This document shows, one piece after another, positions 1 through 10,716 of a DNA stretch of 35,796 bases. The notes under the pieces are model-generated. The model saw only the letters and a list, made by a program, of their open reading frames with translations. It made no database searches and was not told the DNA's origin. The DNA lies in contig CAJNOH010000132.1 in NCBI GenBank assembly GCA_905250005.1, forward strand, positions 192,940 to 228,735, written 5' to 3'. Each line of letters begins with the position of its first letter. Position 1 is the first letter of the stretch. This DNA comes from Rotaria sordida (lineage: Eukaryota). The translations under genes were made by a program, and so were the position numbers.

Positions 1-140
1 AATTTTTTCTTGTATTACATTCTTTTTCTTTTCACTATTGATCACCCTAAACCGGTTGATTGAATAATTTAGTATGAGACAAATGAGTTGGAAAGAAACT
101 TCATAGTGTTCTGAATTAGTAATGACGATACATTCTAAAA

Positions 141-560
141 ACTAGATTAGTCGTGACGAGTGTAGAAGAGACTTCAGACTAGTCCTGACTGCCATTGAAA
201 ACTTTTTAAACTAGTCAAGCCACTTGTCTTTGATAAGTTTTTAATAGTCTACCAAATGGACGAGCGTCTTTTTACTATTTGAACTATTTAAACTAATGAG
301 AGTCTATTGGTAAGTCACAGTGTGGTGTCTAGACATCCGTCAGGTATTGAATACTGTTGAGTCAGATGTTCGAATCCACCTTTTGTCTTCTTTTTTTTCT
401 GCTCTACGAACTAGTCTGGACGGGATAGATTAGACAAACGGATTAGACATAATAGGATTCAAGGACGCTCTGGACTAGTCCAGACGTGATTGCAGGACAT
501 TTCTTGTGAAGACAACTAGTCATGATGCGTATTGCGAACATTTCGGACTAGTCATGTCAC
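141..560. repeat. Cluster of 7 ACTAGTC-core (palindromic GACTAGTC-like) motifs spaced 30-200 bp apart, including a perfect 16-bp palindrome TCTGGACTAGTCCAGA at 469-484
   Basis: Motif occurrences read directly near 141, 177, 209, 407, 471, 513 and 545. GATTAGAC is duplicated at 427-450. Near 300-375 there is an imperfect Pol III box-A-like (CAGTGTGGT) and box-B-like (TGTTCGAATCC) pair about 45 nt apart. Confidence 0.5.
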
Positions 561-2301
561 TCGTCTTCACTTGCTTTTTTTTGATTACTTGGAATGAATA
601 ATGAAATAAATGTTATACACGTACTGCTCAATGACCCATGTCTCTTTTATTATTGTTTTATTTTTCTGTTTTTTATTTGGTTCTGCATTCTCTTGTACAT
701 GAAAAGTATCTTGCTAGCACAAGAGTATGAATAAAAAGGTATCTTTGCTTGTTGCATATCAGTGTGTGATTGTTATCGTTTAATAGATATGAGAACCTTT
801 TTTTGTAGAGTCACTATCATGCCTTGTATGCTTGTTCTACCTGGCTTGCATCCAGCTGATTCACCAATGTTAACAATATTGTTTATATCTGTGACAGATC
901 ATTGTGCTGAAAACTATAGTAATTCGAAATTTAAAAAAAACAGAAAAAGAAAAGAATAATAAAAGAGATACAACTCATTGTGTAGCACATGTATAACATT
1001 CAGTTCATTAATCTTGTATATGGAAAGATACTTCTAGGAATAATGAAGGACCTAATCATACGTTGAATAAGTTCAGATATATGGAAGAGTGACTTTAATA
1101 ACTTTTTTCTTGTCGAAAATTAGTTTTCTTTTTGAAATCTGAATTAAAGTGTCTGAAAACACATTTTACTAATACCCTAAAAAAAGAGCAAAGATTCTAT
1201 TCAACATCAGCACAACTTTTTCTTTCCATCATCTATCAACATATAATACCGACTGAATGACAATCACTAAGATCTTAGATAAAAATAGTAAAAAATTTTT
1301 ATTATTTCTTAATAAACATGGAATTGATATAAAAGTATCAAGTGAAACATCAATGATACATAGGTATCTACCAACAACAAAAGTATTCGCGAATTATATT
1401 TTTGATATGAGAAATACAGAATTTATGGTTGAAACAATGTCATGAAGATAGATATGAATAACATACAAGAAAGGACACTTATAATATAATTAGAAGTTTA
1501 GAACGAAGATACAAAGTATTCATATATCGTTTGTGTATAAATCATTGCATGTTTCAGCGATCATATTCTCTAGTAAAGAATATGATTTTGAAGTATGTGT
1601 ATGGTTAAATTACAATCTTGATTTTAACACTATTGAACTAGTAGAGAACATTATTAAACAAAAAATTAAAATAAAGAATCTGAAATTACCATGCAAACTA
1701 GAGAATGCACCCGATAAAACATACAATAACCTATCAGCAAGCATTATTCAATCAACATATTTAAAAGATTCAGATGTTTTATCAACACTTTTTATCTTTA
1801 TTTTAAACTTTTAAGAGTCTATTCTTGCACTATTGTCATTGGTAGTATAGTCAAACATTTCGTAATAAAATTATTTCGCTACTAGCAGCTATTTCTCAGT
1901 GAAGAAGCACATTAGAAATACACAGCAATTCAAAAATTTGTGAAATTAAACAATTTATTAAAACTTAGCTACCAAAAGTGATCTTTTTCTTTATCAAAGG
2001 GATGCGATACAGAAAAAGCGTTCATTAAATTGCAATCTATTAATTATTTCAAGGATATTTCTCACGAATACGATTTTATCTAATATATCAAAAATAAAAA
2101 TCTCATTTTGTTTTTTTCTTTTTATTTCTATCTTCGTAATATGATAAATGTCGCAGAATGATAAGAGTTCTGTTTTGTGAAATAAAACACTTAAAATAAA
2201 AGTAATTCGATTGAGTTTATTAGATATGTAAAAACAAAAAAAAAAAAGAAAAAATTTTAAAGTTTATTTGTAAGCAAAATAAATAATAGTCTTTGTAATT
2301 A

Positions 2302-2718
2302 TTAGTATATGGCAGGAACACATCGTCGGCAAAATTTTCCACAACATTTTTCAGAAGATTTGCATTGAGCATCTGTTGTACATTGTAACTTGCACTTAGA
2401 AGATGAATATTCTGTCGGGCAACAACGTGCATGTTCATATGGACAACAATAAATTTTGTCGTATTGATTCATTTTGCATATACCATCTTTAAGTGCACAT
2501 GCTCCTGATCCTTGTCCACAAACAACTCCTTTGATTGGTTGACCATATTTGCATGGATTACACATAGCTGGTAATGGATATATTAAACACGAAGGTTTTG
2601 AATTAATGATCTTTGTAGAACCCGCTGGCATTGATGATATTGAAGCATCGTCAGCTGCACATAAAGACATAATAGCAAAAGTTGCTAGTAATAAGTGTAT
2701 AATTAACTTTTTCATCAT
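2302..2718 (-). CDS. Secreted cysteine-rich protein with a C-terminal WAP (whey acidic protein four-disulfide core)-like domain; single exon, 138 aa
   Basis: The N-terminus MMKKLIIHLLLATFAIMSLCAAD looks like a signal peptide. The C-terminal spacing CP-x8-C-x3-C-x5-C-x5-CC-x3-C-x2-C (CPTEYSSSKCKLQCTTDAQCKSSEKCCGKFCRRC) matches the WAP 4-DSC pattern including the KCC core. Complete ORF with ATG and stop. Confidence 0.5.
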   Translation of the reverse strand: MMKKLIIHLLLATFAIMSLCAADDASISSMPAGSTKIINSKPSCLIYPLPAMCNPCKYGQPIKGVVCGQGSGACALKDGICKMNQYDKIYCCPYEHARCCPTEYSSSKCKLQCTTDAQCKSSEKCCGKFCRRCVPAIY

Positions 2719-3617
2719 CGTTTGATAATATCAAATTCGAATAGTCGTGTGTATACAATTGCTTATGTTGTACAATTGATGAGACTTATATAGTATCATT
2801 ATAGACTGGTAAAGCATGACTTCAAATAAAGAAGTAAGATAAAGTAGGCGATACTGTGTCCTATTTTATTTGAATCATATTGATCTATTTTTTTTCCAAT
2901 ATTATAGATTAATATTGCAATAAAATATTAATCTAATAATAGGATTAATCTTTGTATAAGACATGACTATACTGAGATGTGTACCTTCTTTTTTTATATC
3001 TTTTCTTTTATGGGCGTCATTCATCATATGTTTTGCGTATCATCATATTCATACATGAGTGAGTAGACTCCTTGGCTTTTTAGAGGAATTAATTATTAAC
3101 TTCTTTGAAGATTTCTTTGAAGAGATACAATGATTTATTTTTGATTGTGTTCTATTTGAATATGAAAAAAGTTTCTTCTAAATTTTGGATTGTTGCATAA
3201 TAGTAAGAACTAATTCTTAGCCAATCGATTTCAAGAATCATTCAATTTCAACGTAAAATTATGACTATTTTCCTAACAATATCGATATCTTGAAGAATAC
3301 GACTTTTTTTTCGTGGATTTTGTTAATTTTAAGATGCGTACTTTCAATTCAATTTCACAAAGTTATCAACCAAAATCCTAATCGCCATTCACTTTGTCAC
3401 TATACCTAAATAGATTGAGTCTTCCTAAAAACTTTCATTATTCATATGTGTTTTTTTTTCTCAATTATTTTTATTTTGTATATTGAATAAAACGGCGTAA
3501 AGAAATACAAAATATAAAAACAAAGACCGACAAAAAGAAATTTTTTTTGTTACTAGTACCTTTTTTCAATATGAAGAGTAGAGAAAGAAAAATAAGTAAA
3601 AATAAAGAAACACATAC

Positions 3618-5458
3618 AGATCCAGAAAGATTTATGTATGTAAAATGTTCATCTGGTCCTAACGTGACTAATTCTGGTCCAAAAATAATTCTTGAATTTT
3701 TCGCTTTGTAATCATATATTTGTACGACTTGATTTTGTGGTACTCGATATGTAATCAATTTGGATTTGTCACGTTTTGTCATTTGTACCGACGACGTTAC
3801 TGTTGTTTTGGCTTGTCTTCCACTTAAAGAATCTCGTTGAAGGAGTTCTTCTATACTTACTGGTAATTCTTTTTCCCAGAGTTCTTCATCTTGTGTTAAC
3901 ATGTATGTATTACCAATGATCGCACGAACACGACCAGTTTTCAAGTCACGAACATAGATACCTTCATTTTCATCTAGAAAAGTACCTAATGGATAGATAA
4001 AATATGCAAGATTAATTAATTTACCCAAAGGTATCGCTTTTCGTTTTTCTAATACTTCGACTTGTACTGGTGGTATATATTCTCTTGGTCCTCTTACTAC
4101 CCATTTATCGCCTTAAAAAAATTCACACATTAAAGACAGATTGAATTCTTTTCTCTTACCCGGCACACGAGTCACATTGTATATTTCATCATTAAACGAT
4201 TCGATACATTTCACTACGATGCCTTCATCGTCACTCAAGATGTATATATCTTGAATTCCTTTCTCTAATTGTTCATTAGGTTGCAGAAAAAAAGATTTAT
4301 CACCAACAACTAATTTCTTCTTGCCCAATTGATTTTTACCGTCAGCTTGAAAAGAAAATCGAAATTATAATAACCCTCGATCATAGTTTGACATCTAACA
4401 TTCTTACATGAAACTGGATTTAAGATGACACAATATTGTCTTGAATTCAATGTTTTTATATCAATAATTGCCACAAGTTGTTCATAAACATTCAAAATAT
4501 ATGTTTCAGTTTGTTCTTTTGTGACGAGCCATTCATCACCATTATTTCTTGTTTGACCAAAATCATCTTTGAATGTTTTCAATGCACGTAAATGTAAAGC
4601 TTTTTTATCTGTTACAACATGGGCATTCTCAATACCAACAACTGTTTCATAAGCCAATGGTACATAAGCACCCAACTGTTTTATTAACCAATTTTCACCT
4701 GCCACACGACGTTGACCCAAACGATCGATAAGTTCTTTTTTAGCACTCAATCTTATTGCTTGATTTGGACCGATCACGGTAGCAACAATATGTTCCTCAA
4801 CCGATACTTCTTTACGTGGTATATAAGTGCCTAACAAATCAAGATATTTGTACAGTTGACAGACATATATTATGTTTCGAGCGAATTAATTGCATGAATT
4901 ATAGCTGTGAACACATACACAGTCACTTACCTGGTCCTTCGAATAGCCATTCATCTCCAGCTTTTCTCTGTTCTCCATTATCATCAAAATCCAAAACACC
5001 CTTTAATCTTAATGCTGAATTAGCTGCAACATATTTTAAAAGTGTGGCAGTCTGAAACAAGACGAACATATACTGTTCAAAGGTACTTTCTATAATAGTA
5101 TTCACAATACTTGTTTTAAAACTTCACCAGGATACAATGGAAATGGTTCTTTATAATCTTTTTCTAATCTAACATCTAGGCTACCGTACGACAATTTTGC
5201 CTGACCATTTTTGTCGAATTGTGTTTGATCATCTTCATTTTTCACAACAGGATTTTCAATAACACAATAGTGTCTTGGTGGTAGAGTAATCATTTTATCA
5301 GGTCCAAAAACTATTGTCTCATGGTCTTGTCTAAAAAATGTTTTTGGACCGATTTCCAACCGCGTCACACTTGTATTCCGATCTAATACATGAATATAAT
5401 AATAAGGCGGAATACGATAGACAGGATCCATCTGAGCTGGTAAACTCTTAGAAGACAT
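3618..5458 (-). CDS. MVP: Major vault protein (MVP) homolog, N-terminal ~507 aa in 6 exons: 5458-5111, 5051-4931, 4830-4408, 4345-4160, 4111-4025, 3973-3618. The 3' part of the gene was not found in the expected place.
   Basis: The translated exons align residue-by-residue to the MVP repeat domains: [146 protein letters not shown]. All junctions have GT donors (GTATTG, GTAAGT, GTAAGA, GTAAGA, GTAAAT, GTATGT) and AG acceptors with consistent phases. The last exon ends in a GTATGT donor at 3617 with no stop codon. Confidence 0.85.
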
Positions 5459-6705
5459 ACTATTGTCGGGTTTTAATACTAGAATAGAACCAAAAAAAGA
5501 ACAACTAACACTGAATACTTCATTTCAATGTATGCATTCTTACGAGAATAATACGACTTGGGTGTGGATCTTCTTTTCATCCACTCCAACATTCATACCT
5601 CATACTACAGCCCATCAGGTTCAGGTCCGAAAAATTTTAATTAATCGGGCCCTGGTCCGAAAATTCTTGAACTCGATAGGCTCTACTTCACACCCTCGGT
5701 GCATGCACTCATTGAGCTCATGTAAATAACAATGGTGGCTCTTCAGTGTCAGGAAAAGCAGAAAAAGGGAATAAAACAAGTGCTAAACAAAAAAAAAATC
5801 GACGAAAACATGGATATAGGTACATTCTGAGAAGCATTTGAACGGTCTGGCATAGCTGTCGTTGATGGATGGCGATGACATTTCTGTGTGTCGGACGAAA
5901 TCAGCAAAAATTTGTGTACTCTGATGAATGAAGTACGACCACTAGACTCAATCGCCACATTTCTGCTGTCAAAGACTACCCGTTTTCCTCAATGTTTCAG
6001 TCAGACATTTACGGGTCCGACCAGTGGAATCATTGGTCTGGGCGCAGAAGCGGTATCATGGTTTTGATTTTTACTTTTTTGATCATCGAAAAGCTGGAGT
6101 AATAACGAAAGATGATCATCTTTGTTATGCCTTATGACAGTGTTCGATAGAGATTGGTTGACTATATGAATAATTATTGATGAAAAAAAAACACGGTGAT
6201 CTTAACAACAACAAGAAAAACTAACAATTCTCTTTCATCAATGCTTACCATACGAAGAAAAGTGAAAGTGTAATGTGTGCTACTTTGTTTCATGATCGTC
6301 TCTCTTTATAGTTTTTTACTATGAATCATGTCTCACATCTTGCGCACCATGCTCAACAGTGTTATGAAATAACAGAGAAGGAAAAAAAATGATTGACCCA
6401 TTTACTTCAACCAATAATTCAAACGAAATAAAAGGTGGCGTAATCTAAGTATTGAAACAATAGATCAAAGTAAGAATCCAAGTCGATGCGTACAACTATT
6501 GTACTCGTAGAGACAGTTATATATTGCGTCACAACATGAACGTTATTGTACTACGTAATGTAGTTCATAGGCACTATGAACCAAAGAGAATTCATCGGTT
6601 TCTCGATAATAATGTGTTGTGCCGCTGAACTCATATCTACATTAGGTGTACCTCTTGAAATTAAATTTAACTCAAACCTATAGACATGCAACTTACCGAT
6701 CATCA

Positions 6706-6822
6706 GGGTGTGGGTGTAGGTGTGGGTGTGGGTGTGGGTGTGGGGTGGGTGTGGGTGTGGGTGTGGGAGAGGCTGCGACCCGGCCAGCCCCCCGCCCCAA
6801 CCCACACCCACACCCACACCCT
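6706..6822. repeat. GT-rich/AC-rich hairpin element, copy A: (GGGTGT)x10 + 30-nt GC-rich spacer + (CACACC)x3. Strong G-quadruplex motif on the plus strand.
   Basis: Read directly: ggtgtgggtgtaggtgtgggtgtgggtgtgggtgtggggtgggtgtgggtgtgggtgtggga...cccacacccacacccacaccc. The arms are reverse-complementary. Confidence 0.8.
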
Positions 6823-6832
6823 TACCTCGTAG

Positions 6833-7601
6833 GTCAGTTATCTTTTGCAAATGGCGAACATATTTGGCCGTTGCCATACTATCATTGGCTACATTTTGTC
6901 TAACACTTGCATCAGTCGACCGATGTTTACTAACATCAAGCTCAAGAAAATGGCGTAGATTAAGTCACATTTCAATTGCTCGCTACATTATAGTTCTAAG
7001 TGTTATTTTCTGGCTACTTTGTTTGTGTCATATAGTCGTTTATTATGATTTACAATTAATAGATGTGAATAATAATATATACATATGTATGCCTAAATCT
7101 GGTATTTATACAATGTTTATTGGTACATTTTTGCTTGGTTGTAATACAATTTTGTTCTATACACCCATGTTTGCTGCTAGTGTCATTACTCTCATACATG
7201 TATGTATGTCGCGACATCGTGTACGAAATTTTAGAAGTCGAAGAGCTAGATTAAATAGAGCTGATCGTCATCTAATTACGATTATGTTCATTCAAGTTGG
7301 TATAGGCATGATATTGAGCTTATTTCGTACTACTTTCTTAACATATAGTTTACTGTCGAGAGATGTATCGAAAAACATTTACAGAATGACAATTGAATCA
7401 TTTTTGGATCGACTTTCATTGATTATATTTTATTTGAATTTTGCTAAATCATTTCCTGTCAATGCTCTGACAAGTCCACTTTTCTTTGATATCTTTCGTG
7501 AACGTTTGATCAATATATGGAAACATTTCAAAAGAGGTATATCTTGTAAATTTGAAATTAAATACCGTTCAATATCTTTGAATGTAGTTTCATTAGTATA
7601 G
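6833..7601 (+). CDS. Rhodopsin-type 7TM receptor-like, 3'-terminal exon encoding TM3-TM7 and the C-tail; upstream exon(s) for TM1-2 not located
   Basis: Hydrophobic segments have GPCR spacing. TM3 ends in a DRC motif (LASVDRCLL, a DRY variant). TM4 has the conserved W (VIFWLLC) and TM5 the conserved P (FYTPMF). ICL3 is basic (RHRVRNFRSRRARLNR). TM7 reads FPVNALTSPLFF, a degenerate NPxxY. The AG acceptor at 6831-6832 is preceded by the polypyrimidine C-rich arm of repeat copy A. Stop at 7599-7601. Confidence 0.4.
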
Positions 7602-9180
7602 TTTTACGAATTCAAAACTAAGAATATTTTATTTTTAAAACCTTTTGTTAGTCGATATTATTGATAATGATTTTTTGTTTTTGATTTTATTATTAAGATC
7701 AGCAAAATTCCATAATTCGCAGTGGTCGATTACGTCAAGATGCATTTGACTTGCTCGTCTACAATCATTAATACTATCCATAATTATCTTGATCGGAGAT
7801 CAATATTAATCTTTTAACGTGATGTAAATATAATTGTAAATATAAATATCGTTTGTTTCAATATTGTATTGTATTAATCTCTTTAATAGATATTTTTCCT
7901 TTGAATAGATTGAAAAAGACGAATTTCACTAAATCTCTTAAAATTTTATTCTCATATCTAGAATTTAAGAAAAAAAAACAAACAATTCTAAGTAATTTTT
8001 TCTGATTAGATTGATTTACTATAGTTTCCTACATAGTCTTGTTGAAATTGAAAATTGATTGAATAAAAATAAAGATTTCTTCATGGACATACTCAACCAA
8101 AATGAAACACGAAATAAGAATTGAGCTACTCAATAGTTTATATTTTGGCAACAAGTTTTTCAAGTAAAACATGGTCATATTCAATAAAATGGCGCCGTAC
8201 GGCTGAATGAAATATATTCGGTTTAAAATGATTAATGTTCTTTGAAGAACAAATGAATCTTCCTGTAATACTAAATAAGAACTTTAATGCTTTCATAGCC
8301 AACAGTACAAATATGTACTACTTTTTTTTTTGGTCAGAGAACTATAATGAATTAGGAAAAAATAATTCTGGTAGAAAGAACGACAATAGTACATAGATGG
8401 GATTAATTTCTAGCTATTCTACAGAAAACTTAATTGATTATTAAAATCACTATCTGAATTTAAGCTAGTCGCTTGACATTATAGAAAAAAAACCAAAAAA
8501 TACATTGTTGTTAAACTTTTTTCCACCCTACCTCATGGACATATATACAATATTAATATAGCAGATACAACTTCAACTAGGATAATAATGACGAAAAATG
8601 TGCAAAGAAATTGAAAAATAACTAGATTACACATCATTCATTCTCATTTTTTTATATAGTGAACTAATAAAAGTAGTTTTGTACGGGTGCAGGCGTGGGC
8701 ATGAGCAGCACAAGGCAAATTTTTCAGACGAAGTAACTGTACATATTACTTTGTTGATACAGTGCTCAGGTTCATATGAGTAATGAAGTTAAACTTAAAT
8801 GTATATTCTACTATGTATTATTATCAACAAAGAGGACTCAGACGAGTCGAGCGAGTTACATCAAAATGGGTCAATTCGTCAACATCTTTGACCTACATTA
8901 TATAACATACTCAACTAACCAAACCGACATCTATGTTTTTACATTCACTCGGTCAGGTCTTTATAATCACGCATACGCACACCTTCAGCATCTCAGATCC
9001 TCACATAAAACATGCTTTACCTGGTAGAATTGAATGCTCTTATCACATCTACTCATATTTTCTTTTCTTTTTGCTATATCGTTTGGCCATAAAAAAACGA
9101 ACAACAAGTGTGTTATAATATTTCTTTTTTTGTCGTTCGATGCAGATATCAACAAAAAAAATGATCATATTTTAGATAAA

Positions 9181-10716
9181 ATGTTCATTCTTATCATATT
9201 GCTTACCTTAGTAACGATCTTCTTCGCAACATGTTTTGTTATTTACTGGAAATTAGTTCGTCCAGAGAAATATGTTTATGATGCACTACGAAGCCAAGGT
9301 GTTCCTGGCGAACCGTTTGTGCCAATTCTCGGTCAAATGCCTGAAATTCGTCGTGCTCGTGATAACAATGCTTTATTTGAATATCATGAAAATCTTGCAA
9401 AGAAACATGGTCCAATTTTTCTCATTGGCTATGGTCCATTGGTGCGTCTTGTCGTGCTCGAACCAGACTTGTTGGCCGACGTTCTTGGTCGATCACACAT
9501 CTCGGATTATACAAAGCCAAGAGATTTGACTACGGTACTAAAACCATTGATCGGTTCTCACAATTTATTAGTAAGCATGGGATTGGAACATGAGCGCGCT
9601 CGACAAATGCTTAATCCAGCATTTCATTTTGTTAATCTTCAATCGATGATTTCGATCATGGCTGATCGAACAGCTGAAGCTATTCATAGGCTTCTGACGT
9701 CTTCGACCAATCAACCGATCGATCTACAAAAAGAACTGAATTCACTTACGCTAACTATCATTGCTTCAAGTGCATTCGGTCAAGGTTTCGAAACCATTGT
9801 CGATGCTAAAGAGATCATGTCTCGAACATTTACCGAAGCACTGGAAGCGGTTATGTATCGAACAATGCGTATGGTCAATCTCATACCTTTTCTTGCTCGA
9901 TTACCGTTCTGGCGTAAACATATTGTTGACCGAGCTACTCGAATGGTGAATGGATTCGTTGATCAGATTATTAGTGATAGAAGACAGGGAAAATCAACAA
10001 GTTCTTGTGTCGGAGCCGATCTACTCGATCTCCTTCTTTCTGCAGTCGATGATCAAGGACAACCGTTTACAGATGAAGAGATCAAAGAACAAGCATTGAC
10101 TTTTGTTCTTGCTGGACATGAAACTACCGGCAATTTGATGGCATGGGTGATGTATGTTCTCATGACTCATGAACATGTTCTACATGCTTGTCGAGATGAA
10201 ATCGATCGCATTTTGCCCAATGGTTTAGAACCAACTTATGATCATCTCAGTAGTTTGTCTGTGTGCGAAGCTGTCATTTATGAAACACTTCGTCTCTATC
10301 CACCGGCGCCTCTATTTACGCGCTACTGTATACGAGCACATACAATCGGAAGTGAGGGTCATAAACAACTTCACATACCTGTCCATACGACTGTATGGTT
10401 AAACACTTATACACTTCATCGTCGAGCAGAATTCTGGCCTCGGCCACACGAATTCGATTATACACGATGGTTACGTGATCCTAGCACAGGTTTCAAGCCG
10501 AAACTAGCGCATCCATTTTGTTATTTGCCGTTCTCAGCCGGACCTCGTAGTTGCATCGGTCAACACTTTGCCTTGCTAGAAGTGAAAGTCATTCTATCGA
10601 TGTTTCTACAACGATGCAACATTCAGCTTGAACCCGGTCAGAAAATTACGCCAGACATTCGGATCACTATGCGACCCAAATATGGTCTTTTTGCCAAGGT
10701 AACACGACGCCAATAG
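9181..10716 (+). CDS. Cytochrome P450 monooxygenase, intronless, 511 aa from Met 9181; an in-frame upstream Met at 9034 would add 49 aa
   Basis: Continuous ORF with an N-terminal membrane anchor (MFILIILLTLVTIFFATCFVIYW) and Pro-rich hinge (VPGEPFVP). I-helix AGHETTGN, K-helix ETLRLYPPAP, PERF-like PHEFDYTRW, and heme-binding FSAGPRSCIGQHFA with the invariant Cys. Stop at 10714-10716. Confidence 0.9.
   Translation: MFILIILLTLVTIFFATCFVIYWKLVRPEKYVYDALRSQGVPGEPFVPILGQMPEIRRARDNNALFEYHENLAKKHGPIFLIGYGPLVRLVVLEPDLLADVLGRSHISDYTKPRDLTTVLKPLIGSHNLLVSMGLEHERARQMLNPAFHFVNLQSMISIMADRTAEAIHRLLTSSTNQPIDLQKELNSLTLTIIASSAFGQGFETIVDAKEIMSRTFTEALEAVMYRTMRMVNLIPFLARLPFWRKHIVDRATRMVNGFVDQIISDRRQGKSTSSCVGADLLDLLLSAVDDQGQPFTDEEIKEQALTFVLAGHETTGNLMAWVMYVLMTHEHVLHACRDEIDRILPNGLEPTYDHLSSLSVCEAVIYETLRLYPPAPLFTRYCIRAHTIGSEGHKQLHIPVHTTVWLNTYTLHRRAEFWPRPHEFDYTRWLRDPSTGFKPKLAHPFCYLPFSAGPRSCIGQHFALLEVKVILSMFLQRCNIQLEPGQKITPDIRITMRPKYGLFAKVTRRQ

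Noticed and set aside
296-380. Possible tRNA gene (GTTCGAATCC T-loop-like motif and an A-box-like CAGTGTGGT)
   Set aside because: No cloverleaf can be drawn. The T-stem flanks (agatg / ccacc) do not pair and the acceptor stem is absent. At best this is a tRNA-derived SINE fossil or a Pol III box remnant.
6706-6770. (GGGTGT)n as a telomeric or interstitial telomere repeat
   Set aside because: The unit resembles yeast-type TG1-3 repeats, but this is a short internal array immediately paired with its complement as a hairpin. The same architecture recurs at 7 other internal sites. It is a dispersed element, not a chromosome end.
6551-6903. ORFs reading through the (GGGTGT)n/(CACACC)n repeat (MWVWVWVW..., ...PHPHPHP..., ...GVGVGVGV...)
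   Set aside because: The translations are simple-repeat peptides produced by the hexanucleotide periodicity. Only the part downstream of the 6832 acceptor looks like real coding sequence.
9034-9180. 49-aa N-terminal extension of the P450 ORF from an upstream in-frame ATG
   Set aside because: The extension (MLLSHLLIFSFLFAISFGHKK...) has no P450 counterpart. The canonical membrane anchor plus Pro-rich hinge begins at Met 9181. I kept 9034 as an alternative start only.
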